A stretch of 64,000 nt of DNA, from positions 96,001 through 160,000 of the forward strand of contig CAXXHA010000036.1 of assembly GCA_963662265.2 (NCBI GenBank), read 5' to 3'. Of the stretch, positions 1 through 10,085 are shown piece by piece. The stretch's first letter is position 1. Every line of letters starts with the position of its first letter. Source of the stretch: Spirochaetia bacterium (GTDB lineage Bacteria; Spirochaetota; Spirochaetia; CADAEX01). The position numbers and the translations under genes were made by a program. The notes under the pieces were generated by a model that was not told the DNA's origin, made no database searches, and saw nothing but the letters and a program-made list of their open reading frames with translations.

Positions 1-161
1 ATACTGTTATATTGTTTTCATCAGCTATTCTGCTGATTGTTTCTGAAAGGTGTGATTTGAAGCTGCCTATTTCAGGATAATCTGCAGTAGGAAAACTGTC
101 TCTTCCGACAATTTCCCCTTCATGTGAGACTATGCCGACTTTCGTGTTTGTTCCTCCGATA

Positions 162-2075
162 TCAATTCCAGCTGAATATTTTTTCATCTTTGTCTCCCGA
201 CTTCAAACTTGATTTTTTGTCTTCATAAAGGGCACAGCAGTTTTTTCGCGTCTTTGCTTTATAAAGAGCATAATCAGCTTCTTTCAGAGTTTTTTCCCAG
301 TTTGTCTGCTTCTCAGAAGGGTTGTAGTAGCTTATGCCTACACTGATTGTGACATATTCGTTATAGAGGGAATTCCTGTTGGGTATTTTCAGATTTTCCA
401 CATTTGATCTCAGTTTTTCTGCAATATTATAACTGTCTTCCAGGCTTATGTTTGAAATAATTATTGTGAATTCCTCACCGCCGTACCTGAAAAGCATATC
501 ATTTTCCCTGTTAAGTTCCCTGTTCATTGCATCTGTTACTTTTTTGAGACAGATGTCCCCTTCCTGGTGGCCGTATGTATCGTTAAATATTTTAAAATTA
601 TCTATATCGATCATAAAAACTGAAGTTGATTCGCCAATGAAGTTGTTTCTCTCCCAGTGAAGTTTTATGTATTCATCAAAATGTCTCCTGTTGGAAACTT
701 CTGTAAGCGGGTCAATATATGACAGTTTTCTCAAATTTTCCTTGTCTTTTTCAGAAGTTATCAGGGCATTATGCAGCTGCTTGAGTTTGTTGAATGCTCT
801 GATTGAGAGTATTGTGTTTCCTGCTGTCAGGTAGAGTATAAAACCTGTAAACAGCAGAAACGGAGCATCTGACGGGAGTGCCAGGTTATCGTCAAGGACT
901 GCCGCGATAAAAGCTGTTACAAATATATACATTCCGATAAGCTGTGTCAGCGGGGTTGTGTTGCGGGTCGTAATAAACAGGTATAAAAGCCTTGTTACCA
1001 GGAACAGGGCAAGAACCAGGTTTGCAGCTTCAAGATAAAGAAGGTACCTTGAAAATATATTGCTTCTGAAAAACAGGATAAAGCAGGTAAGCAGGAGGGC
1101 CAGGGATATTATTGCTATATATGTTTTTCTTCCGAATATTCTTGAATAAATGCTTTTTACATAACATGAGAAAACAGGAAACGGCAGGAGAAAGGATAGA
1201 TATATCATTTTCGCCCTTATTTCTCCGGTAAGCCCTGTAAAAACTGTTTTCAGTATCATTTCCTGCTTAAGCCCGCAGAATGTGATAATTGTACAGCAGA
1301 GTATTATCAGAAGGAAATTATTAGTTCCGCCCCGCTTTCTGTTAAGGAAGAGGAAAAGTATGTTGTAGAAGATTACAGTGAGGGATATTCCATGCAGGAT
1401 ACTGTTGTAGACAAGCTTTTTCTCCCTGTAATTTTTAAGGGTATTGTATTCTCCGAAATAGACAGGCCTGTTAAGTCCACCCCGTTTTTCTGTGAGGTTC
1501 CCGACCATGATAGTAAGTTCAATATCATTCCCGCACCCTGTTATAGGTATTACACCCGGGCGGCTTTCATCCCTGTATATATCCGGGTCGGGTGAAATTG
1601 TACCTACAGAATAATATTCGTTTCTGTTAATAAACAGCTTGTAGGTATCCATAACATTTGTAAGTTTCAGAGCAGGTATTCTTATATTACCATCGTGGCT
1701 GATTCTGATCCTGTATATTCCCAGGCCCCGGCTCCCTGATTTCCAGTATCCCGGGACAGCTTCTTTCCTGCTGAATGTATCAGGTATCAGGGTGCTGTCA
1801 ACTGTTTCAGGGATTTCAGGATACCATTCAAAATCCCAGTCTCCGTTAAGCTGAATAAAATCCGCATCATTTGAATTTATATATAGAACACTGTCTGATA
1901 TCCTGTGCCGGATATCCGGTTTTTCCTCTGAAAATATTGTGATTACTATAACAGCGGCAATCATTATGTTGACGAGAATAAATGATATAATCAGCTCTCT
2001 GGCTGTGAAATAACGTTCCGGATCGCTTTCCAGACAGAATTTCCCTCCGGTAATACTGGCTTGGGGTAATGACAT
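162..2075 (-). CDS. Membrane diguanylate cyclase: extracytoplasmic jelly-roll sugar-binding-like domain, ~7 TM segment (7TM-DISM-like), GGDEF domain
   Basis: IQLNGDWDF..VPGYW..GIYRIRI N-terminal motifs, a run of hydrophobic helices, DPLTEVSNRR, DIDNFK, RxxD I-site (REND) followed by RYGGEEF; start may be slightly downstream. Confidence 0.9.
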   Translation of the reverse strand: MSLPQASITGGKFCLESDPERYFTARELIISFILVNIMIAAVIVITIFSEEKPDIRHRISDSVLYINSNDADFIQLNGDWDFEWYPEIPETVDSTLIPDTFSRKEAVPGYWKSGSRGLGIYRIRISHDGNIRIPALKLTNVMDTYKLFINRNEYYSVGTISPDPDIYRDESRPGVIPITGCGNDIELTIMVGNLTEKRGGLNRPVYFGEYNTLKNYREKKLVYNSILHGISLTVIFYNILFLFLNRKRGGTNNFLLIILCCTIITFCGLKQEMILKTVFTGLTGEIRAKMIYLSFLLPFPVFSCYVKSIYSRIFGRKTYIAIISLALLLTCFILFFRSNIFSRYLLYLEAANLVLALFLVTRLLYLFITTRNTTPLTQLIGMYIFVTAFIAAVLDDNLALPSDAPFLLFTGFILYLTAGNTILSIRAFNKLKQLHNALITSEKDKENLRKLSYIDPLTEVSNRRHFDEYIKLHWERNNFIGESTSVFMIDIDNFKIFNDTYGHQEGDICLKKVTDAMNRELNRENDMLFRYGGEEFTIIISNISLEDSYNIAEKLRSNVENLKIPNRNSLYNEYVTISVGISYYNPSEKQTNWEKTLKEADYALYKAKTRKNCCALYEDKKSSLKSGDKDEKIFSWN

Positions 2076-2114
2076 GTTAATTATGATATTTTAATATCAT
2101 CAAATTAGCAAGAT

Positions 2115-3365
2115 TTATCCTGCATATTTCATCAATCTATGCCACCATCTGTATTCAGATGTCTTGTATTTTAATGCTTCTTCATATGATACATGCCGGA
2201 GGTTTTTTCTTATTTCATCAAGACTCCTGTTCATGATGTAAAAAGATTTCCTGTCAAAAAACATTATATTGGCCTCATCGGAAAGTTCCAGGGACCTCTT
2301 GTTGAAATTTGCAGAGCCGACAGAAAAGAATTTATCATCTACTATGAAAGCTTTGAAATGGAGCGGTGAGTTTTCATAAATAAAGACATCGGCTCCCGCA
2401 TCCATCAGATCCTTTATCCCGTAGAAAGAAGCAAAGTGATATTTTTCATGGTTTACTAGTTCTGACAGTACAATAAAGACTTCTACTCCCCTTTCTTCCA
2501 TTTCCCTGACATAGAGAATTATTTTTTCATCAATAAATGTGTAGGGCTGAATAATCCATACTTCTTTTTCAGCATACCTGAACATTGTGTTAACCATAAA
2601 TTCCATTACCGGTTTTTCTTTCGATGTGTCCTGGTTGAAAAGTACGATATTGGTTTCAAATATTTCTGTTTCAGGTATTGCAAAGTAATCTTTTCTTATA
2701 TCGTATGGGGAATATTTGTTCCAGTTTGTGACAAAGGAATCAAGGAGCTGCTCAGCTGTTCCCGGGGATTCAACAAGAACCATTCCGTCAGTATTTCCCC
2801 TTTCATCAGACGGCTGAAGTGATGTGTTTATTATATTACACCCGCCAAGCAGAACATACCTGCCGTCAATTATCCAGTATTTTCTGTGATCTCTGAACAG
2901 CAGTTTTACCGGGTCCAGGAATTTTATGAACCTGATGGGATTGTATTCAACAAAAGGGATATGATGCTTGTGGAGATAAATAAACCCTGATTCCTTTCCC
3001 ATGAAGTGACTGGATGAATCCGCCATTATATAGACGCTTATTCCCTCTTCATATTTTTTTCTCAGTGCTTCAAGAATAATATGGCCGTATTCATCATTGA
3101 GAATAAGGTATGTGTTGACAATAATATATTTTTCCGCCCTGTTTATCAGTTCAAGCATCCCGTTTCTGACTTCATTTCCCTTGAAGTAAAGAACCGGATA
3201 GGAAGATGCAAAAGGGGGCTGAAGCCCGTATTTTTTTGCATATTTTTTTACTATTTTAAAATCGCTTTTATCATCAAGCGGAACAGATTTTACAGAAGTT
3301 GAACATGATGTTAAAATTATTGGAAGTATTATTAAAATTGTTAAAAAAAATTGTTTCTTTTTCAT
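2115..3365 (-). CDS. Phospholipase D / cardiolipin synthase-family lipoprotein
   Basis: Two HxKxxxxD motifs (HRKYWIID, HFKAFIVD), GSANF motif, lipobox-like LTSC after a hydrophobic leader. Confidence 0.88.
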   Translation of the reverse strand: MKKKQFFLTILIILPIILTSCSTSVKSVPLDDKSDFKIVKKYAKKYGLQPPFASSYPVLYFKGNEVRNGMLELINRAEKYIIVNTYLILNDEYGHIILEALRKKYEEGISVYIMADSSSHFMGKESGFIYLHKHHIPFVEYNPIRFIKFLDPVKLLFRDHRKYWIIDGRYVLLGGCNIINTSLQPSDERGNTDGMVLVESPGTAEQLLDSFVTNWNKYSPYDIRKDYFAIPETEIFETNIVLFNQDTSKEKPVMEFMVNTMFRYAEKEVWIIQPYTFIDEKIILYVREMEERGVEVFIVLSELVNHEKYHFASFYGIKDLMDAGADVFIYENSPLHFKAFIVDDKFFSVGSANFNKRSLELSDEANIMFFDRKSFYIMNRSLDEIRKNLRHVSYEEALKYKTSEYRWWHRLMKYAG

Positions 3366-3668
3366 AAAATATAAATATTATTAATAATATAGGAAATCAA
3401 GTGTATATTTTTTTTATTTCCTGTGGATGGAGGATATGCTCTGTTTTATACTGTCCGGGATTGCACATAGAGGGATGAGCCGCTGTTTTGTTTTTCAGGC
3501 ATTATATTTTTTATGTTTTGAAATATAAGTATGATTTTCTTGTGTAAAAAGATACTAAGTTTTTTTAAATGTGTAAAAAGTTATTAAAAACAAATTAATC
3601 ATTAAAAAAGTTATTATTATTGTAGTAATAATATAAAAACATTAGTATATTTTGTGTGAATAAACAGG

Positions 3669-4160
3669 ATGAGAGAGGTAAAGGTTTTGGTAATACGTAG
3701 AGGTCGGGTTGTAACAATAGAGTATTCTCTCAAGGATGAGCACGGAAACGTTATTGATTCAAGTGAATCTAACGGACCGCTTTCGTACCTGCACGGATAC
3801 AAAAATATTGTTCTTGGTCTGGAAGAGGCGCTTGAGGGAAAAGATGTGGATGATAAAATTTCTGTTTCTGTTCCCCCGGAGAAAGGTTATGGTGTAAGGG
3901 ATGAAGCGATGGTTTTTACAGTACCTGCTGAAAATTTCAGAAATGAAGAGGGTACTCTTGAGCCTGGTATGGAGTTCGACACAGCTGTAAATGGTACCCC
4001 TTATGTGCTCACAGTACTCGAGGTACTTGGTGATAATGTTAAAGTTGATGCTAACCATCCGCTTGCCGGAAAACCGCTTTATTTCGATGTGAAAGTACTG
4101 AAAGTCAGAGAATCCTATACTGAAGAAAAAGTAAAAGGTCATCCACTGGAAGATCTCTGA
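3669..4160 (+). CDS. slyD: FKBP-type peptidyl-prolyl cis-trans isomerase (SlyD-like)
   Basis: VVTIEYSL, YLHG, LEEALEG, PPEKGYG, VDANHPLAGK motifs. Confidence 0.9.
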   Translation: MREVKVLVIRRGRVVTIEYSLKDEHGNVIDSSESNGPLSYLHGYKNIVLGLEEALEGKDVDDKISVSVPPEKGYGVRDEAMVFTVPAENFRNEEGTLEPGMEFDTAVNGTPYVLTVLEVLGDNVKVDANHPLAGKPLYFDVKVLKVRESYTEEKVKGHPLEDL

Positions 4161-4201
4161 TTCCAGACAATGATGAAATGTGAAAAAAGATGGAAATTGA
4201 T

Positions 4202-4234
4202 AAGCTGCGGGATAATATGACTGCAGCTTTTTTT
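4202..4234 (+). terminator. Probable intrinsic terminator after slyD
   Basis: AAGCTGCGG...CTGCAGCTT stem (one G-U pair) running into a T tract, ~40 nt after the stop. Confidence 0.65.
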
Positions 4235-4543
4235 ATTTGTGTGTCCTTCTGGGCCGCATCCCGCATGGACGAGAGAGTCCTCTAATATCTGTTATCAGTG
4301 TAATTTTTCAGGATTGAATATGGCTGTTCGTGTATTTAATACACTGTGGTACATTGTGACCCTTTTGTACAGTGAACCCTTTTGGGTACCTTTGGAATAT
4401 CATTTCACTTCACAATGCTCTGAGCCGGCAGTATACAGGCGGTTTATATGTTCCTGTATCATGATGCAGTTTGTAATCACAGGTATTCTAAAACTTATTA
4501 TGGTTTCTAAAGAAAAAACTGAATAAGTTTTAGAATACTCTGA

Positions 4544-4747
4544 TTATGTGAGCATGAATGTGAGTCCAAGAAGAAGACAGATCCTTCCTGTCATCTTTAT
4601 GCCTCTGTAGTATCTTGCATGAAGTTCATCCCATTTTTCAGGATTTTTCGGGTTATGGGGGAGTGCCTTGTATTCCACCAGAAAAAAAACTATGCCGACT
4701 AGTATTAATACTGCAGCTGCGGCTTTTTTAAGTATTACTGATTCCAT
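4544..4747 (-). CDS. Small two-TM membrane protein, unknown function
   Basis: 67-aa ORF with two hydrophobic segments; AAGGAAG RBS-like sequence upstream. Confidence 0.55.
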   Translation of the reverse strand: MESVILKKAAAAVLILVGIVFFLVEYKALPHNPKNPEKWDELHARYYRGIKMTGRICLLLGLTFMLT

Positions 4748-4816
4748 TATTCTTCCTTATTGTCGAGTTCTAAGGTGCATAGAATACAGTAAATGCTGTT
4801 TTTGTTAAAGAGCTGG

Positions 4817-6154
4817 TTATATCCTGTTGCCGGATGAATGCAGCATGATTTCACTGTCTATCTTATTTTTTTCCACGAAGAATCTTTCAAGTTCAGATTC
4901 TGAGAGTTTCCTTTCAGGCGGTGTTTTTATTGTGGACGGGTTGATTTTTCTTCCCCTGAATATTACCTCATAATGTAGGTGGTATCCTGTGGAAGTACCT
5001 GTTGTCCCTACATAGCCTATTACCTGCCCCTGCCTTACTCTGGTCCCTTTCCTTATGCTGTTTCCATATAAATTCAGATGGGCATAAAGAGTCTTATACT
5101 GGTTTGCATGCCTGATTATTACACATTTTCCATATCCGCCGTTCCATGCTGCAAGTTCGACTGTTCCGTTCCCTGAAGCCATTATAGGGGTGTTTTTCGG
5201 AGCTGCAAAATCAAGTGCCCTGTGTACGTGTGAATAGCCTGATATTGGATGCTTCCTTCGCCCGTATCCTGATGAAATTCTTGCTCCATAGATAGGGGTC
5301 TTCAGCAGGGTTTTCCTGACGCTTTTCCCCTCTTCGCTGAAATAATCAGTTTTATCGTCATCAGTTTTAAAACGGTAGATGTTGAGAGGTTTATTTCTAA
5401 GCTGCATGTCAAGTTTTGCATAAATAATATCGCCTTTTGAAATAATTTCCCCGTCGCTGTTCATAATGTTTTCATAATATACCTTGAATGTATCTCCCTG
5501 GTATATATCTCTCTGAAAGTCTACATCAAATGAACACAGATGAAAAAAATCCATGATAGCGGAATCTGGAAGGCCTGCTCTTTTTGCATCCAGATAAAGG
5601 CTGTCGGTAATGGTTCCTTCTGCCGTCTTTTTTATTTTTATTGTTTTTACAGGTACTGTCCTTGCAGCATATGTTCCGTTACGCAGCGATACTCTTGCTT
5701 CTGTTCCCGGGTTTTTTTCGATTCTCAAGAGTTCAATAAACGGGTACTGGTTGTTTTCCCCTTTGTACATTATCAGTTTTATTTTCTGACCCGGCTTCAG
5801 GTATCTGGGATTATAAAGAGGGGTGAGGTGTTTTACGATATCAGATATATCATCTGATCTTACTCCTGTTGATTCAAGAATTGAGAGCAGTGTTTCTCCT
5901 CTCTTTACAGTAATTTCCTTTTCATATCTGTTAACTTCGAGTTCAAAGACATTATCCACATCTTCAGGTGCTGCTTTTTTTATCTGCTGCCTGCTTTCCG
6001 CGTACTGTATGGTTATTATTGAAAATACCAGAAATGTGCTTAAAAAAACCGGAAAAAATTTCCATGCAGTTATTTTTTTCAGAATATATATAAAATCAGT
6101 GTTTGAGATTTTTTTTAATTTTGCAGGCAGTTCGGTGATCATACAACTCCTCAT
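4817..6154 (-). CDS. M23-family peptidoglycan DD-endopeptidase (MepM/Csd3-like) with N-terminal anchor and LysM/OapA-like segment
   Basis: HRALD (HxxxD), YAHL, TSTGYHLHYE (HxH), DVDFQRDI, VKRGETL. Confidence 0.9.
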   Translation of the reverse strand: MRSCMITELPAKLKKISNTDFIYILKKITAWKFFPVFLSTFLVFSIITIQYAESRQQIKKAAPEDVDNVFELEVNRYEKEITVKRGETLLSILESTGVRSDDISDIVKHLTPLYNPRYLKPGQKIKLIMYKGENNQYPFIELLRIEKNPGTEARVSLRNGTYAARTVPVKTIKIKKTAEGTITDSLYLDAKRAGLPDSAIMDFFHLCSFDVDFQRDIYQGDTFKVYYENIMNSDGEIISKGDIIYAKLDMQLRNKPLNIYRFKTDDDKTDYFSEEGKSVRKTLLKTPIYGARISSGYGRRKHPISGYSHVHRALDFAAPKNTPIMASGNGTVELAAWNGGYGKCVIIRHANQYKTLYAHLNLYGNSIRKGTRVRQGQVIGYVGTTGTSTGYHLHYEVIFRGRKINPSTIKTPPERKLSESELERFFVEKNKIDSEIMLHSSGNRI

Positions 6155-6430
6155 TTAAGCATGCTGCAGCCGGATATGCTGATAAAATATTCTGAAATCC
6201 GGTACTGAGTGACTGGTTTCTTTTGCGTTATTCAAAACAAAAAAAGCAAAAAATTCCGGCAGATAACTGTATCAGAATACATGAATATCCAAAATCAGTA
6301 ATATAAGTATCGGAATAAAATATTGTATAATTAATGATAACATATGTGCAGAACGGCAGCAACAAAAAAGTGTTGCATCCAGACATCTTAAGGTGTAACA
6401 TTTTAAGTATCTAATAATGGAGGAAGTCTA

Positions 6431-8137
6431 ATGACAACATTAATTATCATTATTGGTGCTGCAATTTATGTTGGTCTTTACCTGAAATACGGTAAAAGAC
6501 TGGAATCAACTGTGCAGGCATCAAATGACAAGGATGCTCCGTCTAAAGCTTTTTATGACGGTGTTGATTATGTTCCAAGCAAGGCGCCTGTTCTGTTCGG
6601 GCATCACTTTGCTTCTATTGCTGGAGCTGCGCCGATTATCGGCCCTGTTCTTGCAATGGCATGGGGTTGGGTTCCTGCTTTGCTGTGGATCTGGTTTGGT
6701 AACGCTCTTATCGGCGCAGTGCATGATTATCTTGCAGTAATGGCATCTGTAAGATATGACGGTAAATCAATCCAGTTTGTTGCTTCAGATATTATTACAA
6801 AAAGATCTGGTAAGCTTTTCTACTGGATAGTTTTCTTCCTGCTTATTCTGGTCGTAGCTGCATTTGCTGCAGTCTGCGGAAAAATGTTTGTCGGGAATCC
6901 TGCTATACCAACTTCTTATATCCTTAAAATTTGTGCAGCTCTTGTCCTTGGTGTCCTGATCTACAGGGTAAAGATGAATTTCACACTTGCAACTGTTATA
7001 GGTATTATAATGCTTATTCTTGCTCTCTGGGGAGGGGCTCTCATGCCTATTACAGCAAGTTATAAGACCTGGCTTGCCGTCTTTTTCTTTTATATAATCA
7101 TAGCAGCAGCTATCCCGGTCAATGTACTGCTTCAGCCGAGAGACTACCTTAACTCCTTTCTCCTTTATGCAGGTCTCATCCTGGGAGCTCTTGGTGCTAT
7201 CTTCAGTTTCCAGGGATTCTCAGCACCTGCATTTACATCTTTCTCTCCAATCGTAATGGGCGGAAAAACAACTCCTTTCTGGCCTGCAATTCCTCTTGTA
7301 ATTGCATGCGGATCTCTTTCCGGTTTCCATTCACTTGTTGGTTCAGGAACAACATCAAAACAGATAGAAAAAGAATCAGATGCCCTTCCAATCGGATATG
7401 GTGCAATGCTTACAGAAGGTTTTCTGTCAACAATCGTTGTAGTTTCTGTAGCCGGGTTCGGTTTCGGAATTATGAAAGATGCAGGACAGACTATAACAGC
7501 TGCCGGATGGGGAACTGAATATACAAAAGCAATGATGGGAAGTTATCCAAGTGCTGCAATGTTCACAGAAAGCTATGCAGTCATGATTGCATCCACATGG
7601 CTTAAGTTTATCCCTACAAATGCTGTAAAACTTCTTGCAGGAATGTGGGTATCCTCATTTGCTATGACAACTCTCGATACAACAAACAGACTGGGAAGAT
7701 ACTGCTTTGCGGAAATCATGCTTCCAATTAAGGATAAGAATGAATCTGCCTATAATTTTCTTACAAATAAATGGGTCGCATCAATTGTTCCTGCAGCTAT
7801 AGGTATATGGCTTGCATGGAGCGGAAGCTTCACAGTTGTATGGCCTTCATTCGGTTCTGCAAACCAGCTTATTGCTTCAATGGCTCTCATTACAGGCGCT
7901 TCATGGGTAACATCAAAACTCGGAGCAAAAGGTTCCGCAGTTCTTATACCGGCATATGCTTTATGGGTTACAGTTACTGCTGCTATTATCTGGTTTTCCG
8001 CAGTTATTCTCCCTGCATCAATTGCAAAGAATGCTGCTACAGGAATAACACTGCTTTGTATTGAGATAATCATGCTTCTCATGAATGTCATATTTATTAT
8101 TGATTTCATGAAAACAAGAAAAGAGGCTGCAAAGTAA
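6431..8137 (+). CDS. cstA: Carbon starvation protein A family transporter
   Basis: DGVDYVP, FGHHFASIAGAAPIIGP, LLQPRDYLN, IACGSLSGFHS, MTTLDT signatures; many TM helices; GGAGG RBS. Confidence 0.93.
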   Translation: MTTLIIIIGAAIYVGLYLKYGKRLESTVQASNDKDAPSKAFYDGVDYVPSKAPVLFGHHFASIAGAAPIIGPVLAMAWGWVPALLWIWFGNALIGAVHDYLAVMASVRYDGKSIQFVASDIITKRSGKLFYWIVFFLLILVVAAFAAVCGKMFVGNPAIPTSYILKICAALVLGVLIYRVKMNFTLATVIGIIMLILALWGGALMPITASYKTWLAVFFFYIIIAAAIPVNVLLQPRDYLNSFLLYAGLILGALGAIFSFQGFSAPAFTSFSPIVMGGKTTPFWPAIPLVIACGSLSGFHSLVGSGTTSKQIEKESDALPIGYGAMLTEGFLSTIVVVSVAGFGFGIMKDAGQTITAAGWGTEYTKAMMGSYPSAAMFTESYAVMIASTWLKFIPTNAVKLLAGMWVSSFAMTTLDTTNRLGRYCFAEIMLPIKDKNESAYNFLTNKWVASIVPAAIGIWLAWSGSFTVVWPSFGSANQLIASMALITGASWVTSKLGAKGSAVLIPAYALWVTVTAAIIWFSAVILPASIAKNAATGITLLCIEIIMLLMNVIFIIDFMKTRKEAAK

Positions 8138-8142
8138 AAGCT

Positions 8143-8433
8143 ATGATTAAAAAGATAAAAAAGATTTATAAATCCATAGTCTTTTTTATATCTTCAATAG
8201 ACCAGGCGCACAGAATGAAAGCTGTGGAAGTTACTGAATATGAACTTCGTGAGCTTGAAAATCTTTTTGTGCTACTTCTGATGGGATCCTTTACAGGGAT
8301 CCCGTCACCTTCCACCCTTGTTTCTGCTGAACTCATTCCCCATCTTACAAAGGAAATAGAAGTCCTTAACAAGAGGGCTGAAGATGCATTTGATGCATTC
8401 AATGAACTGGCAGGAACAATAGGTATAGACTAG
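8143..8433 (+). CDS. Small cstA/ArsA-associated protein (cory-CC-star-like)
   Basis: 96 aa between cstA and the ATPase with tight spacing; ELENLFVLLLMGSFTGIPSP resembles the small proteins recalled from cstA-arsA loci. Confidence 0.65.
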   Translation: MIKKIKKIYKSIVFFISSIDQAHRMKAVEVTEYELRELENLFVLLLMGSFTGIPSPSTLVSAELIPHLTKEIEVLNKRAEDAFDAFNELAGTIGID

Positions 8434-8440
8434 AGAAAAC

Positions 8441-9364
8441 ATGAAATCATTATTTTTCACAGGAAAAGGGGGAGTAGGTAAATCGACACTCTCATCTGCA
8501 TTCGGATACCAGCTTTCGGAAGCCGGGTATAAGGTTCTGGTTGTTTCTCTTGACCCTGCGCATAACTTGGGGGATATCTTCAATGTGAAGCTTAACAGCG
8601 GGGATGTGAAATTTACAGGAAATCTTTTTCTTTCCGAAGTCGATCTTGCTAAAGCATCGAAAAAATATCTTAAGGAAAATACAAAAGTATTTGAAGAGGT
8701 CTACGGTTACCTCAAGGTTCTGAACCTTGACCGTTATTTCAATATCCTCAAATACACTCCCGGAATGGAGGAGAATGCTGCGTTAATTGAGATTGAAAGG
8801 ATATATTCTGAAGGGGAAAAATATGATTACATCATATTTGATACACCGCCTACAGGTATAACATTGAGAATCCTTGCTCTCCCTTCAATAACAATTAACT
8901 GGCTCGAGCAACTTATTGGAATAAGGAAACAGATTCTTGATAAAAGATATACAATAAGAAAAGTACGTGACGGAAAGACAGAATCAGAAAAACTTAATTA
9001 TGATGAAAGTGATGATAAAGTCATAATGAAGCTTTACAAAATGCATGAGAAATACAGAAAACTCGAGTCAGTCCTCAAGGGAGAGGATAATACTGTTTCT
9101 GTTGTTTTTAACCCCGATTTCCTGTCGATGAAGGAATCAGAGCGGCTGATAGAAAGCCTTGATGAACTTAATATCCCTTTAAGGCTTACATTTAACAATA
9201 AATATGATAACTGTATGGCTGAAGATGCTGAAAAAATTGAAAAGCATCTTCTTTCCGGCAGAAGCGGTGTAATAAACCAGCGTGTAGGATTTTCTGATCA
9301 TAAGAATATTCCTGGGTATATGATTCCGGATAACCTGACAGAAAACTATCTTAAGGAGTACTGA
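8441..9364 (+). CDS. ArsA/Get3-family ATPase (single domain)
   Basis: Deviant Walker A GKGGVGKS, switch I SLDPAHNL, PGMEE, switch II FDTPPTG. Confidence 0.9.
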   Translation: MKSLFFTGKGGVGKSTLSSAFGYQLSEAGYKVLVVSLDPAHNLGDIFNVKLNSGDVKFTGNLFLSEVDLAKASKKYLKENTKVFEEVYGYLKVLNLDRYFNILKYTPGMEENAALIEIERIYSEGEKYDYIIFDTPPTGITLRILALPSITINWLEQLIGIRKQILDKRYTIRKVRDGKTESEKLNYDESDDKVIMKLYKMHEKYRKLESVLKGEDNTVSVVFNPDFLSMKESERLIESLDELNIPLRLTFNNKYDNCMAEDAEKIEKHLLSGRSGVINQRVGFSDHKNIPGYMIPDNLTENYLKEY

Positions 9365-10035
9365 TGTTTAATAATACGCAGATTGTAACCCAGCCTATAT
9401 TTCACCTTTTTGTTGCTTTTTCACTGATTCTCACAATAATATATTTCCGGGGAGCCAGGAAAAACAAGAGGATTTATCTTTCAGCGTTCAACAGCTTAAA
9501 GGATATTATAAAACCAAATGATGAAGTTTATACCAACATAGGCGGATTTACAGGCTATCATGCAAAATTCAGCATGAAGGGAAACAGCAGGTTTAAATCT
9601 GCTGAAGCTACAATAACAATGCTGCCCCGACAGTCAGGCCTTTATTATCCTGTAAGCAGAATGCTTATGAAGTTTGACAGGCTTTTTGTAAGTTTTACCC
9701 TGAGAGAAAAACTCCCTGAGGCAGTTACAGAATCCCATCTGATAGAGAAGAATTTTTCGACTTTCAAAACACTCAAAATTCATAATCATGAAGATTTTCA
9801 GATAGAAGAAATCAGATGGGGAAGGAATGAATTTCTCGTTTATTTCAAGGATGAAGAGGGGCGCAAGCGCTTTAACAGCCTTATGAAATCTATGCCGGAT
9901 CCGGGGGAGATAAGGCATGTTGCTGTAGTCCCTGAGCATAACAGGATATTCGCATTTATGGTGCCTGTTTACGGAAAAGTCGGGGAATGGTTTGCTCCTG
10001 TATTTCCGTGGATAAAGGGAATTGCTGCAGGTTAG
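9364..10035 (+). CDS. N-terminally membrane-anchored protein, possible CCDC47/DUF1682-like fold
   Basis: TGATG overlap with the ATPase stop; single TM followed by YFRGARKNKRI; family call is from recalled similarity only. Confidence 0.6.
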   Translation: MFNNTQIVTQPIFHLFVAFSLILTIIYFRGARKNKRIYLSAFNSLKDIIKPNDEVYTNIGGFTGYHAKFSMKGNSRFKSAEATITMLPRQSGLYYPVSRMLMKFDRLFVSFTLREKLPEAVTESHLIEKNFSTFKTLKIHNHEDFQIEEIRWGRNEFLVYFKDEEGRKRFNSLMKSMPDPGEIRHVAVVPEHNRIFAFMVPVYGKVGEWFAPVFPWIKGIAAG

Positions 10036-10085
10036 ACTTTCTTACAGCCCGGGAGATCAGATGAATAAAAGAGAATAAAGTTTAT

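Noticed and set aside
4239-4526. 95-aa ORF and GC-richer patch with small hairpins (possible ncRNA); degenerate ~18-19-bp GTAC...CCCTTTT repeats at 4349-4395
   Set aside because: No RBS or recognisable protein features, no match to RNA families I know, and only 2-3 degenerate units without spacers, so not a CRISPR array
8441-9364. Calling the ATPase arsA (arsenic resistance)
   Set aside because: Lacks metalloid-binding cysteines and any ars neighbours; gene symbol withheld
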